Below are positions 26,954-36,700 of a stretch of 64,000 nucleotides of DNA, piece by piece. Position 1 is the stretch's first letter, and each line of letters begins with the position of its first letter. A model generated the notes under the pieces. It worked only from the letters and a program-made list of their open reading frames with translations, did not search any database and was not told where the DNA came from. The stretch spans positions 10,693 through 74,692 of the forward strand of contig NZ_JAUMTZ010000004.1 of NCBI RefSeq assembly GCF_030530945.1. The letters are read 5' to 3'. The stretch comes from Kocuria sp. (GTDB lineage Bacteria > Actinomycetota > Actinomycetes > Actinomycetales > Micrococcaceae). The translations under genes were made by a program, and so were the position numbers.

Positions 26954-28899
26954 GCACCGACAGCAGCACGCCCGAGACCGGGGAGACCCGGGCGGCGTCG
27001 TACCCCGAGCGCAGCGTGGCCAAGGCCGTGCTGGAGACCCTGCGGGGGTACGGGATCGACACCGTGTTCGGCATCCCGGGCACCCACTCGCTGGAGTTCT
27101 ACCGGCCCCTGCGCGAGCTGGGCATCACCGCCGTGACGACCCGCCACGAGCAGGGTGCGTCCTACGGCGCGGACGGTTGGTCCCAGGTGCGCGGGCTGCC
27201 CGGCGTGGTCATCACCACCTCCGGTCCCGGCCTGCTGAACTCCCTGTCCGGCGCGGCCACCGCGTACGCGGAGTCCCGGCCCATGATCCTGCTGTCCCCG
27301 GGGCGCCCGGTGGGCCAGGACTTCCGGGACATCGGCTCGCTGCACGAGACCAAGAACCCGTCCGCCGCGGTCAACGCGATCGTGGGTCTCTCCCGCCGCG
27401 TCACCTCCGGCGCGGAGGCCGTGACCATGGTCCACGACGCCATGCGCGACTTCGCCCACTCCCGCCCCCGGCCCGTGCACATCGAGATCCCCCTGGACAT
27501 CCTCGAGGCCCCCGCGGACGTCCCCGAGTCGGCCACCGCGCCCCGCCCCCTCGGCGAGCCCACCCCCGCCCCGGAGCACGACGTCGCCGCGGCCGTCTCC
27601 GCGCTCGCGGCCAGTGAGCGCCCGGTCATCCTGGCCGGTGGCGGGTCCCTGGCCGCAGGGCCCCGGCTGCTGGAGCTCGCGGAGCTGCTGCAGGCTCCCG
27701 TGATCACCACCACCAACGGCAAGGGCGCGATCCCCGAGAAGCACCCCCTCTCCCTGGGCGCGGACCTGCGACTGAGCACCGCCCACGAGTTCCTGCGCTC
27801 CCGGGACGCCCTGCTGGTGATCGGCTCCAAGGTGGGCGAGGCCGAGCTGTGGGGCGGGGACATCACCCCGCAGGGCCCGATCGTGCGCGTGGACATCATG
27901 CGAGACCAGATGCTGTGCAACCTCACCCCGGACGTGGAGGTGCCCGGCAACTCCGCCGCCGTGGTGCAGCAGCTGCTCGACGGGCTGCGCGAACGCCAGG
28001 CAGGCGAGGGCCGGGAGCAGCCGGACCTGCGCGAGGTCTTCGACGCCATGGACGAGGAGGGCCGCCAGTGGGCGCCGGACCTCGCGGCCCTCAACGAGAC
28101 CATCATGGAGGTGGTCCCGGAGGACACCGTCCTGGCGGGCGACTCCTCCCAGGTGACCTACATGGGCTCCACCACGTTCTTCCGTGCCCCGAAGCCCAAC
28201 TCGCTGCTCTACATGGGCACGTACGCCACCCTGGGCTACGGCCTGCCCGCGGCCGTGGGCGCCAAGATCGCCGCGCCCGAGCGCCCGGTGGTGTGCCTGG
28301 TGGGTGACGGCGCCCTCATGTTCTCCATCCAGGAGCTCATGACCGCCGTGGAGCTGAACCTGGACCTGCCCGTCATCTGCGTGGACAACGGCGGGTACGG
28401 GGAGATCCGGCAGAACATGGTGGACCGGGACATCGATCCCCTGGCCGTGGACCTCGTGCAGCCGGACTGGGTGAAGCTCGCGGAGGGTTTCGGCGCCACC
28501 GGCTACCCCGCCACCATGGACACCCTCGCGGAGACCGTGCAGAAGGCACTGGCCACCAAGGGCCCCAGCGTGGTGCACCTGAGATGGTGTTGTCCGGGGG
28601 ACGAGCGTCTGGAACGCGCGTTCAGCGGGCGGGAGGAGCCCCGGGGGGGTCAGCTGTTGCTGAGCCCCAGGCCCACGAGCCCGATCCCGGAGAAGATCAG
28701 CACCGCCCAGATGGCCAGGATCAGACCGGAAAGCACCACACCGGTGATGGCCATGCCGCGCCCGGCGGGCTCCTTCTTGAGACCCACGAGCCCCAGAACG
28801 AAGCCGATGATGGGAAGGATGAAAGTGAAGCCCAGGAAGATGCTCACCAGGCCGATGACCATGGACGCGATGGACAGGCCCTTGGGTCCGCTCGACTGA
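26950..28899 (+). CDS. Thiamine-diphosphate-dependent enzyme of the acetolactate-synthase/2-keto-acid-decarboxylase family (AruI-like candidate). The 3' end is anomalous: the frame stays open about 250 nt into the convergent gene.
   Basis: N-terminal Pyr domain, central domain and TPP-binding GDGALMFSIQELMTAVELNLDLPVICVDNGGYGEI motif. ATG at 26950 overlaps the SSF stop (ATGA). The conserved part ends near ...GPSVVHL (about 28585), but no in-frame stop occurs until 28899. G-homopolymer runs lie at about 28600-28650. Confidence 0.7.
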   Translation: MSTDSSTPETGETRAASYPERSVAKAVLETLRGYGIDTVFGIPGTHSLEFYRPLRELGITAVTTRHEQGASYGADGWSQVRGLPGVVITTSGPGLLNSLSGAATAYAESRPMILLSPGRPVGQDFRDIGSLHETKNPSAAVNAIVGLSRRVTSGAEAVTMVHDAMRDFAHSRPRPVHIEIPLDILEAPADVPESATAPRPLGEPTPAPEHDVAAAVSALAASERPVILAGGGSLAAGPRLLELAELLQAPVITTTNGKGAIPEKHPLSLGADLRLSTAHEFLRSRDALLVIGSKVGEAELWGGDITPQGPIVRVDIMRDQMLCNLTPDVEVPGNSAAVVQQLLDGLRERQAGEGREQPDLREVFDAMDEEGRQWAPDLAALNETIMEVVPEDTVLAGDSSQVTYMGSTTFFRAPKPNSLLYMGTYATLGYGLPAAVGAKIAAPERPVVCLVGDGALMFSIQELMTAVELNLDLPVICVDNGGYGEIRQNMVDRDIDPLAVDLVQPDWVKLAEGFGATGYPATMDTLAETVQKALATKGPSVVHLRWCCPGDERLERAFSGREEPRGGQLLLSPRPTSPIPEKISTAQMARIRPESTTPVMAMPRPAGSFLRPTSPRTKPMMGRMKVKPRKMLTRPMTMDAMDRPLGPLD

Positions 28900-29036
28900 C
28901 GCACGATGGTCAGCTGGTTCGGCATCGTCTGCTGGGGTGCCACGGAGGAACCGGCCACGGGCTGGCCGTAGGAGGCGCCCGCCTGCGGGGTCTGGGGGTA
29001 GCTGGGAGTCTGGGGGGTCTGGTTTTCAGTGTCCAT
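28650..29036 (-). CDS. DUF4190-type small membrane protein with Pro/Gln-rich N-terminus
   Basis: MDTENQTPQTPSYPQTPQAGASYGQP... followed by two TM helices (GLSIASMVIGLVSIFLGF...). Convergent with the TPP enzyme gene. Confidence 0.55.
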   Translation of the reverse strand: MDTENQTPQTPSYPQTPQAGASYGQPVAGSSVAPQQTMPNQLTIVRQSSGPKGLSIASMVIGLVSIFLGFTFILPIIGFVLGLVGLKKEPAGRGMAITGVVLSGLILAIWAVLIFSGIGLVGLGLSNS

Positions 29037-29118
29037 CCAACGATTATGCATATTGTTTTCAGCCCGCCAGGGTCGTGACACTTTCTTTCAGGCCACCACG
29101 GTCACCACCTGACACCTG

Positions 29119-29159
29119 CGGCACGACATGACGGACCAACATTCTCGGCACGACATGAC
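29119..29159. repeat. Two perfect 14-bp direct repeats (CGGCACGACATGAC) 13 nt apart, upstream of the DUF4190 gene
   Basis: Seen directly at 29119-29132 and 29146-29159. An AT-rich patch (aacgattatgcatattgttttc) lies between them and the start codon. Confidence 0.6.
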
Positions 29160-29267
29160 CACCCCGCAGCCCGATTGGTGGGCGCTTCCCGCCTCAGATG
29201 CTCGCCGCCGAGGGACGAGCGGGAACCAGGCGCACCAGGATCCGGCCACGACACCGCCACGGCGGGA

Positions 29268-30161
29268 TCAGCCCCGGACCGAGCCTGCACTGAGTCCGGC
29301 CACCAGGTAGCGCTGCGCCACGAACGCGAAGACCATCACCGGGATGGTGAGCAGCACAGCGGCCGCCCCGGCCTGCTGCAGCATGGGCAGGGTCTGACCC
29401 AGCTGGGTGGCGATGAACACGGGCACCGTGCCGGCGTCCGTGTTGGTGAGCACCACGGCCGTCAGGTACTCCTGGAACGCGAAGAAGAACACGAAGATCC
29501 CGGACGTGAGGATGCCGGGTCCCAGGAGCGGGACCATGATGCGGGTGAGGATCTGGTCGCGGCGGCAGCCGTCCAGCATGGCGGCCTCGTCCAGCTCCCG
29601 GGGGATCGCGGCGAAGAAGTTGCGCAGCAGCCAGATGGTGAACGGCTGGTTGATCGCCATCAGCGCCAGCGCGAGCACCCACCGGGTGTCGTAGATCCCC
29701 AGGGTGCGGGCGATGTCGTACATGGGCAGCACGATCGCGAACCGCGGCAGGGACCGGAAGACCAGGGCCAGCAGCAGAAGTGCCACGGACACCCACCCCG
29801 GGAACCGGGACAGCGCGTACGCGGCGGGAATGCCCAGGACCAGTGCGCCGAGGGTGCTGATGAGCGCCACCACGAACGTGTTGATGAGGTAGCGGTAGAA
29901 GTAGGTGGCCTGCCACAGGTCCACGAAGGCGTCCAGGGTGGGCCTGAAGGACCACACGGGCGGGTTCGCGAACGCCACGTTCGTGGGCTTGACCACGGAC
30001 AGCACCGTCCAGATCACCGGCAGCAGCATCACCAGGCACACGAGCGCCAGGAAGACGCCGCCCAGGAGCCCGAGGCGCCCGCCGGTCACGGAGCCGGGGG
30101 CTCCCCCGCGGCGGGAGGTCCTGGGGCGGGGCGCCGCCGAACGGCGGGTCGGGTTCTTCAT
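29268..30161 (-). CDS. Carbohydrate ABC transporter permease (MalG-like)
   Basis: EAA-loop region DEAAMLDGCRRDQILTRIMVPLLGP. Six TM helices. Confidence 0.85.
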   Translation of the reverse strand: MKNPTRRSAAPRPRTSRRGGAPGSVTGGRLGLLGGVFLALVCLVMLLPVIWTVLSVVKPTNVAFANPPVWSFRPTLDAFVDLWQATYFYRYLINTFVVALISTLGALVLGIPAAYALSRFPGWVSVALLLLALVFRSLPRFAIVLPMYDIARTLGIYDTRWVLALALMAINQPFTIWLLRNFFAAIPRELDEAAMLDGCRRDQILTRIMVPLLGPGILTSGIFVFFFAFQEYLTAVVLTNTDAGTVPVFIATQLGQTLPMLQQAGAAAVLLTIPVMVFAFVAQRYLVAGLSAGSVRG

Positions 30162-31027
30162 GACTGCCGGGCCTCCCTGACCACGTCCCGCAGGAACGGG
30201 TAGAGCATGACCACGATGACCGCGATAGTGAGCACGGACAGCGCGCTACCCATGCCGAGGTCCTGCCCGCCGTCCTGGAACGCGATGTTGAAGATGTAGA
30301 GCATGAGGGACTCGTTGCCCAGTTCCACCGCCTGCGGGGACAGCGGCACCAGGTTGTCGAAGACCCGCAGGATGTCCATGACGGAGATGAGTCCCACGAA
30401 CCCGATGACCCCGCGGATGGACGGGAGGATGATGCTCCAGTGCATCCGCAGGCGCCCGGCGCCGTCCAGCTGGGCGGCCTCCAGCACGTCCCGGGAGACG
30501 CCCTGCAGCCCCGCCAGGATGATGAGCGTGGCGAAAGGCAGCATGGACCAGATGACGTTCAGGGCCACCATGATCCGGTTGGGCCACGCGTCCACGAACC
30601 ACAGGACGTCCTGCCCGGTGGCCCAGCCGGTGAGCAGGTTCACGATGCCCCCGAAGTTCTCGTTGAACAGCCACGAGAACATGGTGGCCCCCACCACCTG
30701 CGGGATCACGTAGGAGATCAGGAGGACGCCCAGCACCACCGGGCGCATCCGGCCCAGCCGGTTGACCATCGAGGCCAGGACGTACCCGCCCACGAGCAGC
30801 ACGGCGGTGACCACCACGGTGAGGCCTGCGGTGAAGAGCAGGGCGTGGCCGAAGCGCGGGTCTCCGAAGGCGCGGACGTAGTTGTCCAGGCCCACGAAGG
30901 TCCCCGGGGAGCCGTAGTCCACGTCCTGGAAGCTCCACTTGACCGTGAGGTAGAGGGGCACGAGCAGCAACCCCACCATCACGAGCATGCTCGGAGCCAC
31001 CAGGGAGTAGAACTCCCGCCTGCGCAT
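30158..31027 (-). CDS. Carbohydrate ABC transporter permease (MalF-like)
   Basis: EAAQLDGAGRLRMHWSIILPSIRG is the EAA motif. ATG at 31027 chosen (MRRREFYSLVAP...); the longer track N-terminus overlaps the SBP gene. Confidence 0.8.
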   Translation of the reverse strand: MRRREFYSLVAPSMLVMVGLLLVPLYLTVKWSFQDVDYGSPGTFVGLDNYVRAFGDPRFGHALLFTAGLTVVVTAVLLVGGYVLASMVNRLGRMRPVVLGVLLISYVIPQVVGATMFSWLFNENFGGIVNLLTGWATGQDVLWFVDAWPNRIMVALNVIWSMLPFATLIILAGLQGVSRDVLEAAQLDGAGRLRMHWSIILPSIRGVIGFVGLISVMDILRVFDNLVPLSPQAVELGNESLMLYIFNIAFQDGGQDLGMGSALSVLTIAVIVVMLYPFLRDVVREARQS

Positions 31028-31076
31028 CACCGGGCCGCTCCCGTGCCGGGGGCTGGCGCGGCGCGCCTCAGAGTGT

Positions 31077-32393
31077 TCACGGGTTCTCCTCCAGGATCTT
31101 GTCGGCGCTGTCCTGCATGCGGCGCGTGGCGTCCGCCGCGCTCGTGCGGCCACTGAGCACCTCCGCCACGGTGGGTCTGATCTCGTTGCTGATCAGGGAC
31201 GTGGCCGGGTACGGCTCCGGGGACGGGGCGTGGCCGATGGCGTTGTTCGCGGCGTCCGCGTAGGGGGAGTTCTCGGGGGTCACCACGCCCTCGCGCGCCG
31301 GGTACGCCGCGGGCACCGCGGACTCGGACGCCTCCTTCCCCACGGACACCGCCATGAGCTGGAACAGCAGGTCCGGGTCCACGTCCGTGTTCTCGGGGAT
31401 GGACCAGCCGTCCACGGACAGTGAGCTGTACTGCTTCCCGCCCTTCTCCACGGCGGGCGGCGGGGCGAAGCCGATGCGGTCCGCGTACTGCGAGTTGTCC
31501 GGGTTGGAGAGGTCGTTCATCCGCCCCGAGAACATGATGGAGACGGCGGCGTCCCCGTTGTACATCTGCTGCTGCACCGCGGGCTGGTCGAACGTGGTGA
31601 CCTGGGGGTCCATGTAGGGCAGCAGCGAGCCCAGCTCGTCGAACGCCTTGGTCGCGGCGGGGGTGTCGAAGTTCGCGGTGTTCGTGCGGTGGTCGATGAA
31701 GTCCGTGCCCAGGGAGCCCATGGCGGCGTCGTAGGCGGTGACGATGTCCGCGCTGGCCAGCCACGGCATGGCCACGGGGTGCTCCATCCTCCCGGAGTCC
31801 TGGATCTTCTTGGCCACGTCCCGCAGCTCCGCGAACGTGGTGGGCGGCTTCAGGCCGAGCTCGTCGAAGATGTCCTTGCGGTAGGCCATGGTGAACACCT
31901 GCGCCTGCATGGGCAGCGCGTACAGGTGGCCGTCGTAGGACATGGCGTCCAGCATCTGCTGGCTCAGCCCGTCCAGGCCGTACTGGTCCTTGTACTTCTC
32001 GAAGAGGTCGTCGAGCGGGCGCAGCTTCCTCTGGTCCGCGTAGGTGGGGACCACGAAGTTGTAGGTCTCCACGAGGTCGAACGTGCCCCTGGCCCCGGAG
32101 AGGGTGGCCTGGGTGCGCTGGCGCTGGCCTGCGAAGTCGATGGGCTCGTGGCGCACCACGAGGTCGTCCTTGTTGCAGCTGCGGACCATGGTGTTGGTGA
32201 AGGGGTCGATCGCCGAGGAGTTGTAGGCGAGCACCTGCACGGTGGCGCCGCCCTCCGGGGCGGTGACGTTGCACGGGACCTCCGTGCCGCCGCCGTTCTC
32301 GGCCACGCGGGAGCCCGCGCCGCAGCCGGTGAGGGCGGTGAGCACCAGGACCGAGAGCAGTGCCGGCACCACCTGTGTGTTGCGCAGACGCAT
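31077..32393 (-). CDS. ABC transporter substrate-binding lipoprotein (sugar-type SBP)
   Basis: Signal peptide with lipobox LTALTGCGAG. Family-1 SBP fold. No ATPase gene in the operon. Confidence 0.8.
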   Translation of the reverse strand: MRLRNTQVVPALLSVLVLTALTGCGAGSRVAENGGGTEVPCNVTAPEGGATVQVLAYNSSAIDPFTNTMVRSCNKDDLVVRHEPIDFAGQRQRTQATLSGARGTFDLVETYNFVVPTYADQRKLRPLDDLFEKYKDQYGLDGLSQQMLDAMSYDGHLYALPMQAQVFTMAYRKDIFDELGLKPPTTFAELRDVAKKIQDSGRMEHPVAMPWLASADIVTAYDAAMGSLGTDFIDHRTNTANFDTPAATKAFDELGSLLPYMDPQVTTFDQPAVQQQMYNGDAAVSIMFSGRMNDLSNPDNSQYADRIGFAPPPAVEKGGKQYSSLSVDGWSIPENTDVDPDLLFQLMAVSVGKEASESAVPAAYPAREGVVTPENSPYADAANNAIGHAPSPEPYPATSLISNEIRPTVAEVLSGRTSAADATRRMQDSADKILEENP

Positions 32394-32598
32394 GTGGCGG
32401 GTCCTATCGCAGGGGGAAACGGACAGCGGCGGCGCACGACGGGTCGCGGGGGCCGGGCGGGCATCCAGCGGTGCGTTCCCGCGAGATGTAAGCCAGGTTA
32501 CTATTTTTCCCCCGCTGTGCACCCCAGCCCGCCGCGGCACCCCGGCGCACCCCTCCCCGTTCCGTGGGCACCCGTCACGCCGCTCCTACAATCGGAGC

Positions 32599-33732
32599 GT
32601 GCCCGAACGTCCGCGCCAACCCCGCCCCGGTGCCGTCCCAGCATCCCCGGACGACGACGCCGCCCGCCCCCGTCCCGGCGCGCCCGCACCCCGTAGAGCG
32701 GGGCACCCGGCCGCCACCCCCGTGACCGCACCCCGCCCGGCGTGGGCCGCCGAGGGCGAGGAGTTCACCGTGGACCTGGACCCCGGCCGGTTCCTGTGCG
32801 TCCGCGCGGACGGGCCCGCGGACGGGAACCCCCTGGTGCTGCTCACCGGACTGGGCTTCGACCTGCACACCTGGCCCCCGGCCCTGGTGCGGGTCCTGGC
32901 CGGGCGGGGACACCGCGTGCTGCGCTTCGACAACCGGGACGTGGGGCGCTCGTTCCGAGTGGCAACGCCCACCCCCACCGTGCGTCAGCTGCTGGGCGGA
33001 GACCTGCCCGCCGAGCAGTACACCGTGGAGGACATGGCCGGGGACGTGGCGGCCGCCCTGGACGTGCTCGGGGTGCAACGGTCGGACGTGCTCGGCTTCT
33101 CCCTGGGCGGGATGATCGCCCAGTCCCTCGCGGCGCACCACCCGCACCTGGTGCAGCGGCTGGTCTCGCTGTGCTCCACCACCGGGGACCCCACCGCGGG
33201 CGGGGCAGCCGCCTCCACCGCCGCCATGCTCGCCCTGCCGGGGGCGAGGACCCGGAGGACCTACGTGCGCTCGCGTCTGGTCATGGCCCGGCACCTGGCC
33301 GGGACGGGTTTTCCCGTGGACCTGGACCACGAACGTGAGCTGGCGCGGACCCACTGGGACCGCAGCCTGGACCCGCGGCAGGAAGGGGCCGCCCTGCGTC
33401 GTCAGATCGGGGCCATCCGCGCCTCGGGCAACCGCGGCGAGGCACTGGCCCGGATCACCGCGCCCACGCTCGTGCTGCACGGGGACCGGGACCGGATCGT
33501 GCGTCCGGACGGCGGGCCGGCCACGGCCCGAGCGATACCGGGAGCGTGCTTCGTCCGCGTGCCCGGCATGGGGCACCAGGTGCATCCCCTGCTGGTTCCC
33601 AGGCTGGCCCGGCTGGTCTCGGAGCACCTGGCCCCGGTCATCGAGCCACGACGACACGGGCACCATGCCGCCCCACTCGGCGCAGGCACCCGTGATACCA
33701 AGGACACCACCACCCTCTCCGAGCGCGGGTGA
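32599..33732 (+). CDS. Alpha/beta-fold hydrolase; start uncertain (N-terminus low-complexity)
   Basis: Nucleophile elbow GFSLGG, LVLLTG motif region, and a C-terminal His (GMGHQVH). 30-nt gap to lysX in the same orientation. Confidence 0.65.
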   Translation: MPERPRQPRPGAVPASPDDDAARPRPGAPAPRRAGHPAATPVTAPRPAWAAEGEEFTVDLDPGRFLCVRADGPADGNPLVLLTGLGFDLHTWPPALVRVLAGRGHRVLRFDNRDVGRSFRVATPTPTVRQLLGGDLPAEQYTVEDMAGDVAAALDVLGVQRSDVLGFSLGGMIAQSLAAHHPHLVQRLVSLCSTTGDPTAGGAAASTAAMLALPGARTRRTYVRSRLVMARHLAGTGFPVDLDHERELARTHWDRSLDPRQEGAALRRQIGAIRASGNRGEALARITAPTLVLHGDRDRIVRPDGGPATARAIPGACFVRVPGMGHQVHPLLVPRLARLVSEHLAPVIEPRRHGHHAAPLGAGTRDTKDTTTLSERG

Positions 33733-33761
33733 TCCCGGGCGTCACCCGTGGACACCGGAAA

Positions 33762-36700
33762 GTGACAACTGTGAAGACATCGCGTGACTGGCTGCCACGG
33801 CTTGCCAGCACCCTCGTGCTGCTGGCCTCCCTGTGGTCCTTCGTCTCCATCCCGTTCGCCCGCAGGGGCTCCCTGTACTGGGTGGACGAGGTCTTCAGCA
33901 CCCTGGGTGTGCCCTCCGGGCCCAACCTCTTCCTGGCGCTGAGCCTGCTGATCGTGGGCACCTCGCTGCGGCGGCGGCTGCGCGTGGCGTGGGTGATCTC
34001 CCTGGGCGTGCTGATCGTGGAGCTGCTCGTGTTCGCGGTCCTGGGTGTCGCCCTGGTCACGGAGTCGGTGGACGTGGAGCTCGAGCTGCTGGAGAGCGCC
34101 GTGCTGATCGCCGGGGCGGCCATCACCACCGCGTGGACCGTGGCGTTCATCGTCCATCGCAAGGACTTCCCGGCCCGGATGCGCTCCGGCGCGGTGCGCC
34201 AGGCCCTGCTCACGCTGCTGGGCGGCCTGGCGACCGTGATCGCGCTCATCTTCCTGGTCTCGTGGGTGGTCCCGAGCCACCTGCACCACCTGCACGGGGT
34301 GGAGCACGTGTGGTTCTCGTTCCGCAGCGTCACGGGGCTGTCCCTGCCCCGCAGCATCTCCGACGGTTCGGCCGGGCCCCACTGGCTCACGGTCCTGGGC
34401 GGCGTGCTGGGCGCGGCGGTGCTGTTCTTCACGGTCTGGCAGTTCACCCAGTCCGCGCAGCGCTCCGAGGTGATCAGTGCCGAGGACGAGCTGCACATCC
34501 GCCGGCTGCTGGCCACGTACGGCGGCCAGGACTCGCTGGGCTACTTCGCCACCCGCCGCGACAAGTCCGTGATCTTCTCCCCGGACGGCCGCGCGGCGGT
34601 CTCCTACCGGGTCATCGGCTCGGTCTGCCTGGCCTCGGGGGATCCCCTGGGCCCGCACGACGCCTGGCAGGACGCCATCGCCGCCTGGAAGCGGGAGGGC
34701 CGGGAGCACGCGTGGCACCTGGCCGTGCTCTCCGCCTCGGAGACCGGCGCACAGGCGTACGTGGCCGCCGGGCTGCGCGCCCGCCCGCTCGGGGACGAGG
34801 CCGTCCTGGACACGGACACCTTCTCCCTGGAGGGGCGCACCATGCGCCCGGTCAAGCGCGCGGTGGCCCGCGTGCGGGAAGCCGGCTGCACCGTCACGGT
34901 GGAACGCCACGGACAGCTGGACGCCGCCACCATGCAGCAGGTCATCGACCTCTCCGAGAAGTGGCGCGGGGACGAGGCCGACCGCGGCTTCTCCATGGCC
35001 CTGAACCGGCTCGCGGACCGCACGGACGCCCGCTGCGTGGCGGTGCTGGTGCGCGACGCCACCGGAGAGATCGTCGCCCTGCAGTCCTACGTGCCGTGGG
35101 GCACGCGCGGGATCTCCCTGGACCTGATGCGCCGCTCCCCGGACGCCCCCAACGGCGTGAACGAGGCCATGGTCGCGGCCCTCGCCGAGGACGGCGGGGA
35201 CCTGGGAATCCGCGAGATCTCCCTGAACTTCGCCATGTTCCGCTCGGTGTTCACCGGCGCGGACAAGGTGGGCGCCGGGGTGGGCGTGCGGATCGCGGAC
35301 CGGGTGCTCTCCTGGGGCAACCGGTTCTGGCAGCTGGAGTCCCTCTACGAGGCCAACGCCAAGTACCTGCCCCGCTGGGACAGCCGCTTCCTGTGCTACG
35401 ACTCCGCCGCGGACCTCCCGCTCGTGGGCATCGCCGCGGGCCGCGCCGAGGGCTTTCTCCCGGGCCGCGCACCCCGCCCCGGCCACGACGGCGAGACGCT
35501 CGTTCCCGGCCCCGACGGCACACCGACGCCGCTCGCGGACCTCTCGCTCGCCCAGGACCGGGAGCTGCTCACCCCGCCGCGCCCGGTGCGCCACCTCACG
35601 GAGCAGCAGCGGGTGCGCCACGCCAAGCTGGACGTGCTGCGCGAGGCAGGCATGGACCCCTACCCGGTGGAGGTCCCCTACACCACCTCGGTGCCGCGGG
35701 CCCTGGAGATGATCGCGGACGGCACCGCGGAGGCCACCGGCGAGGTGGTCTCGGTGGGCGGGCGCGTGCGCGCGCTGCGCGACCTGGGCGGCGTCGTCTT
35801 CGCGGTGCTGGAGGAACGGGACCAGCGGATCCAGGCGGTCCTGGAGGAGAACGCGGTGGCGCCCGAGCTCATGCGGCTGTGGCGGCGCGCGGTGGACGTG
35901 GGCGACCACGTGTCAGTGACGGGCACGCTGGGCCGCAGCCGCCGGGGTGAGCCCTCGGTGCTGGCCACGTCCTGGTGCATGGCGTCCAAGTCCCTGCGCC
36001 CGGTGCCGAGCGAGCACACCGGCTTCACCAATCCCGAGGCCCGGGTGCGCCAGCGCTACCTGGACCTGATCGTGAACAAGGAGTCCTCCCAGCTGCTGCG
36101 GGCGCGCTCGCGCGGGATCGCCGCCATGCGGCAGTCCTTCACGGAGCGCGGCTACATGGAGGTGGAGACCCCCATGCTGCAGGCGGTCCACGGCGGCGCG
36201 AGCGCCCGCCCGTTCCGCACGCACATCAACGCGTACAACGCGGACCTGTACCTGCGCATCGCACCGGAGCTGTACCTCAAGCACCTCTGCGTGGGCGGGA
36301 TGGACAAGATCTTCGAGCTCAACCGCAACTTCCGCAACGAGGGCGCGGACGCCACCCACAACCCCGAGTTCACCTCCGTGGAGGCGTACGCGGCGCACGG
36401 CGACTACAACACCATGCGCGTGCTCACCCGTGAGGTCATCATCGAGGTGGCCACCGCCATCCACGGTGAGCCCGTGGCGGTGCGCCCGGACGGCCACGGC
36501 GGGCAGACCCGCATCCGTCTGGACCACGAGTGGCCTGTGATCCCCGTGCACCGGGCGGTCTCCGAGGCCACCGGCACCACCCTGACCTCCACCACCCCGC
36601 TGGAGGAGGTGCGCGCCGTGGCCTCCGCGCACGACGTGCACTGGAACGAGAACATGACCGCCGGTGAAGTGGTGCTGGAGCTCTACGACGAGCTCGTGGA

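Noticed and set aside
33402-35950. 835-aa minus ORF and 705-aa plus off-frame ORF inside lysX
   Set aside because: - Both are alternative frames of the strongly supported lysX gene.
- Both are high-GC artifacts.
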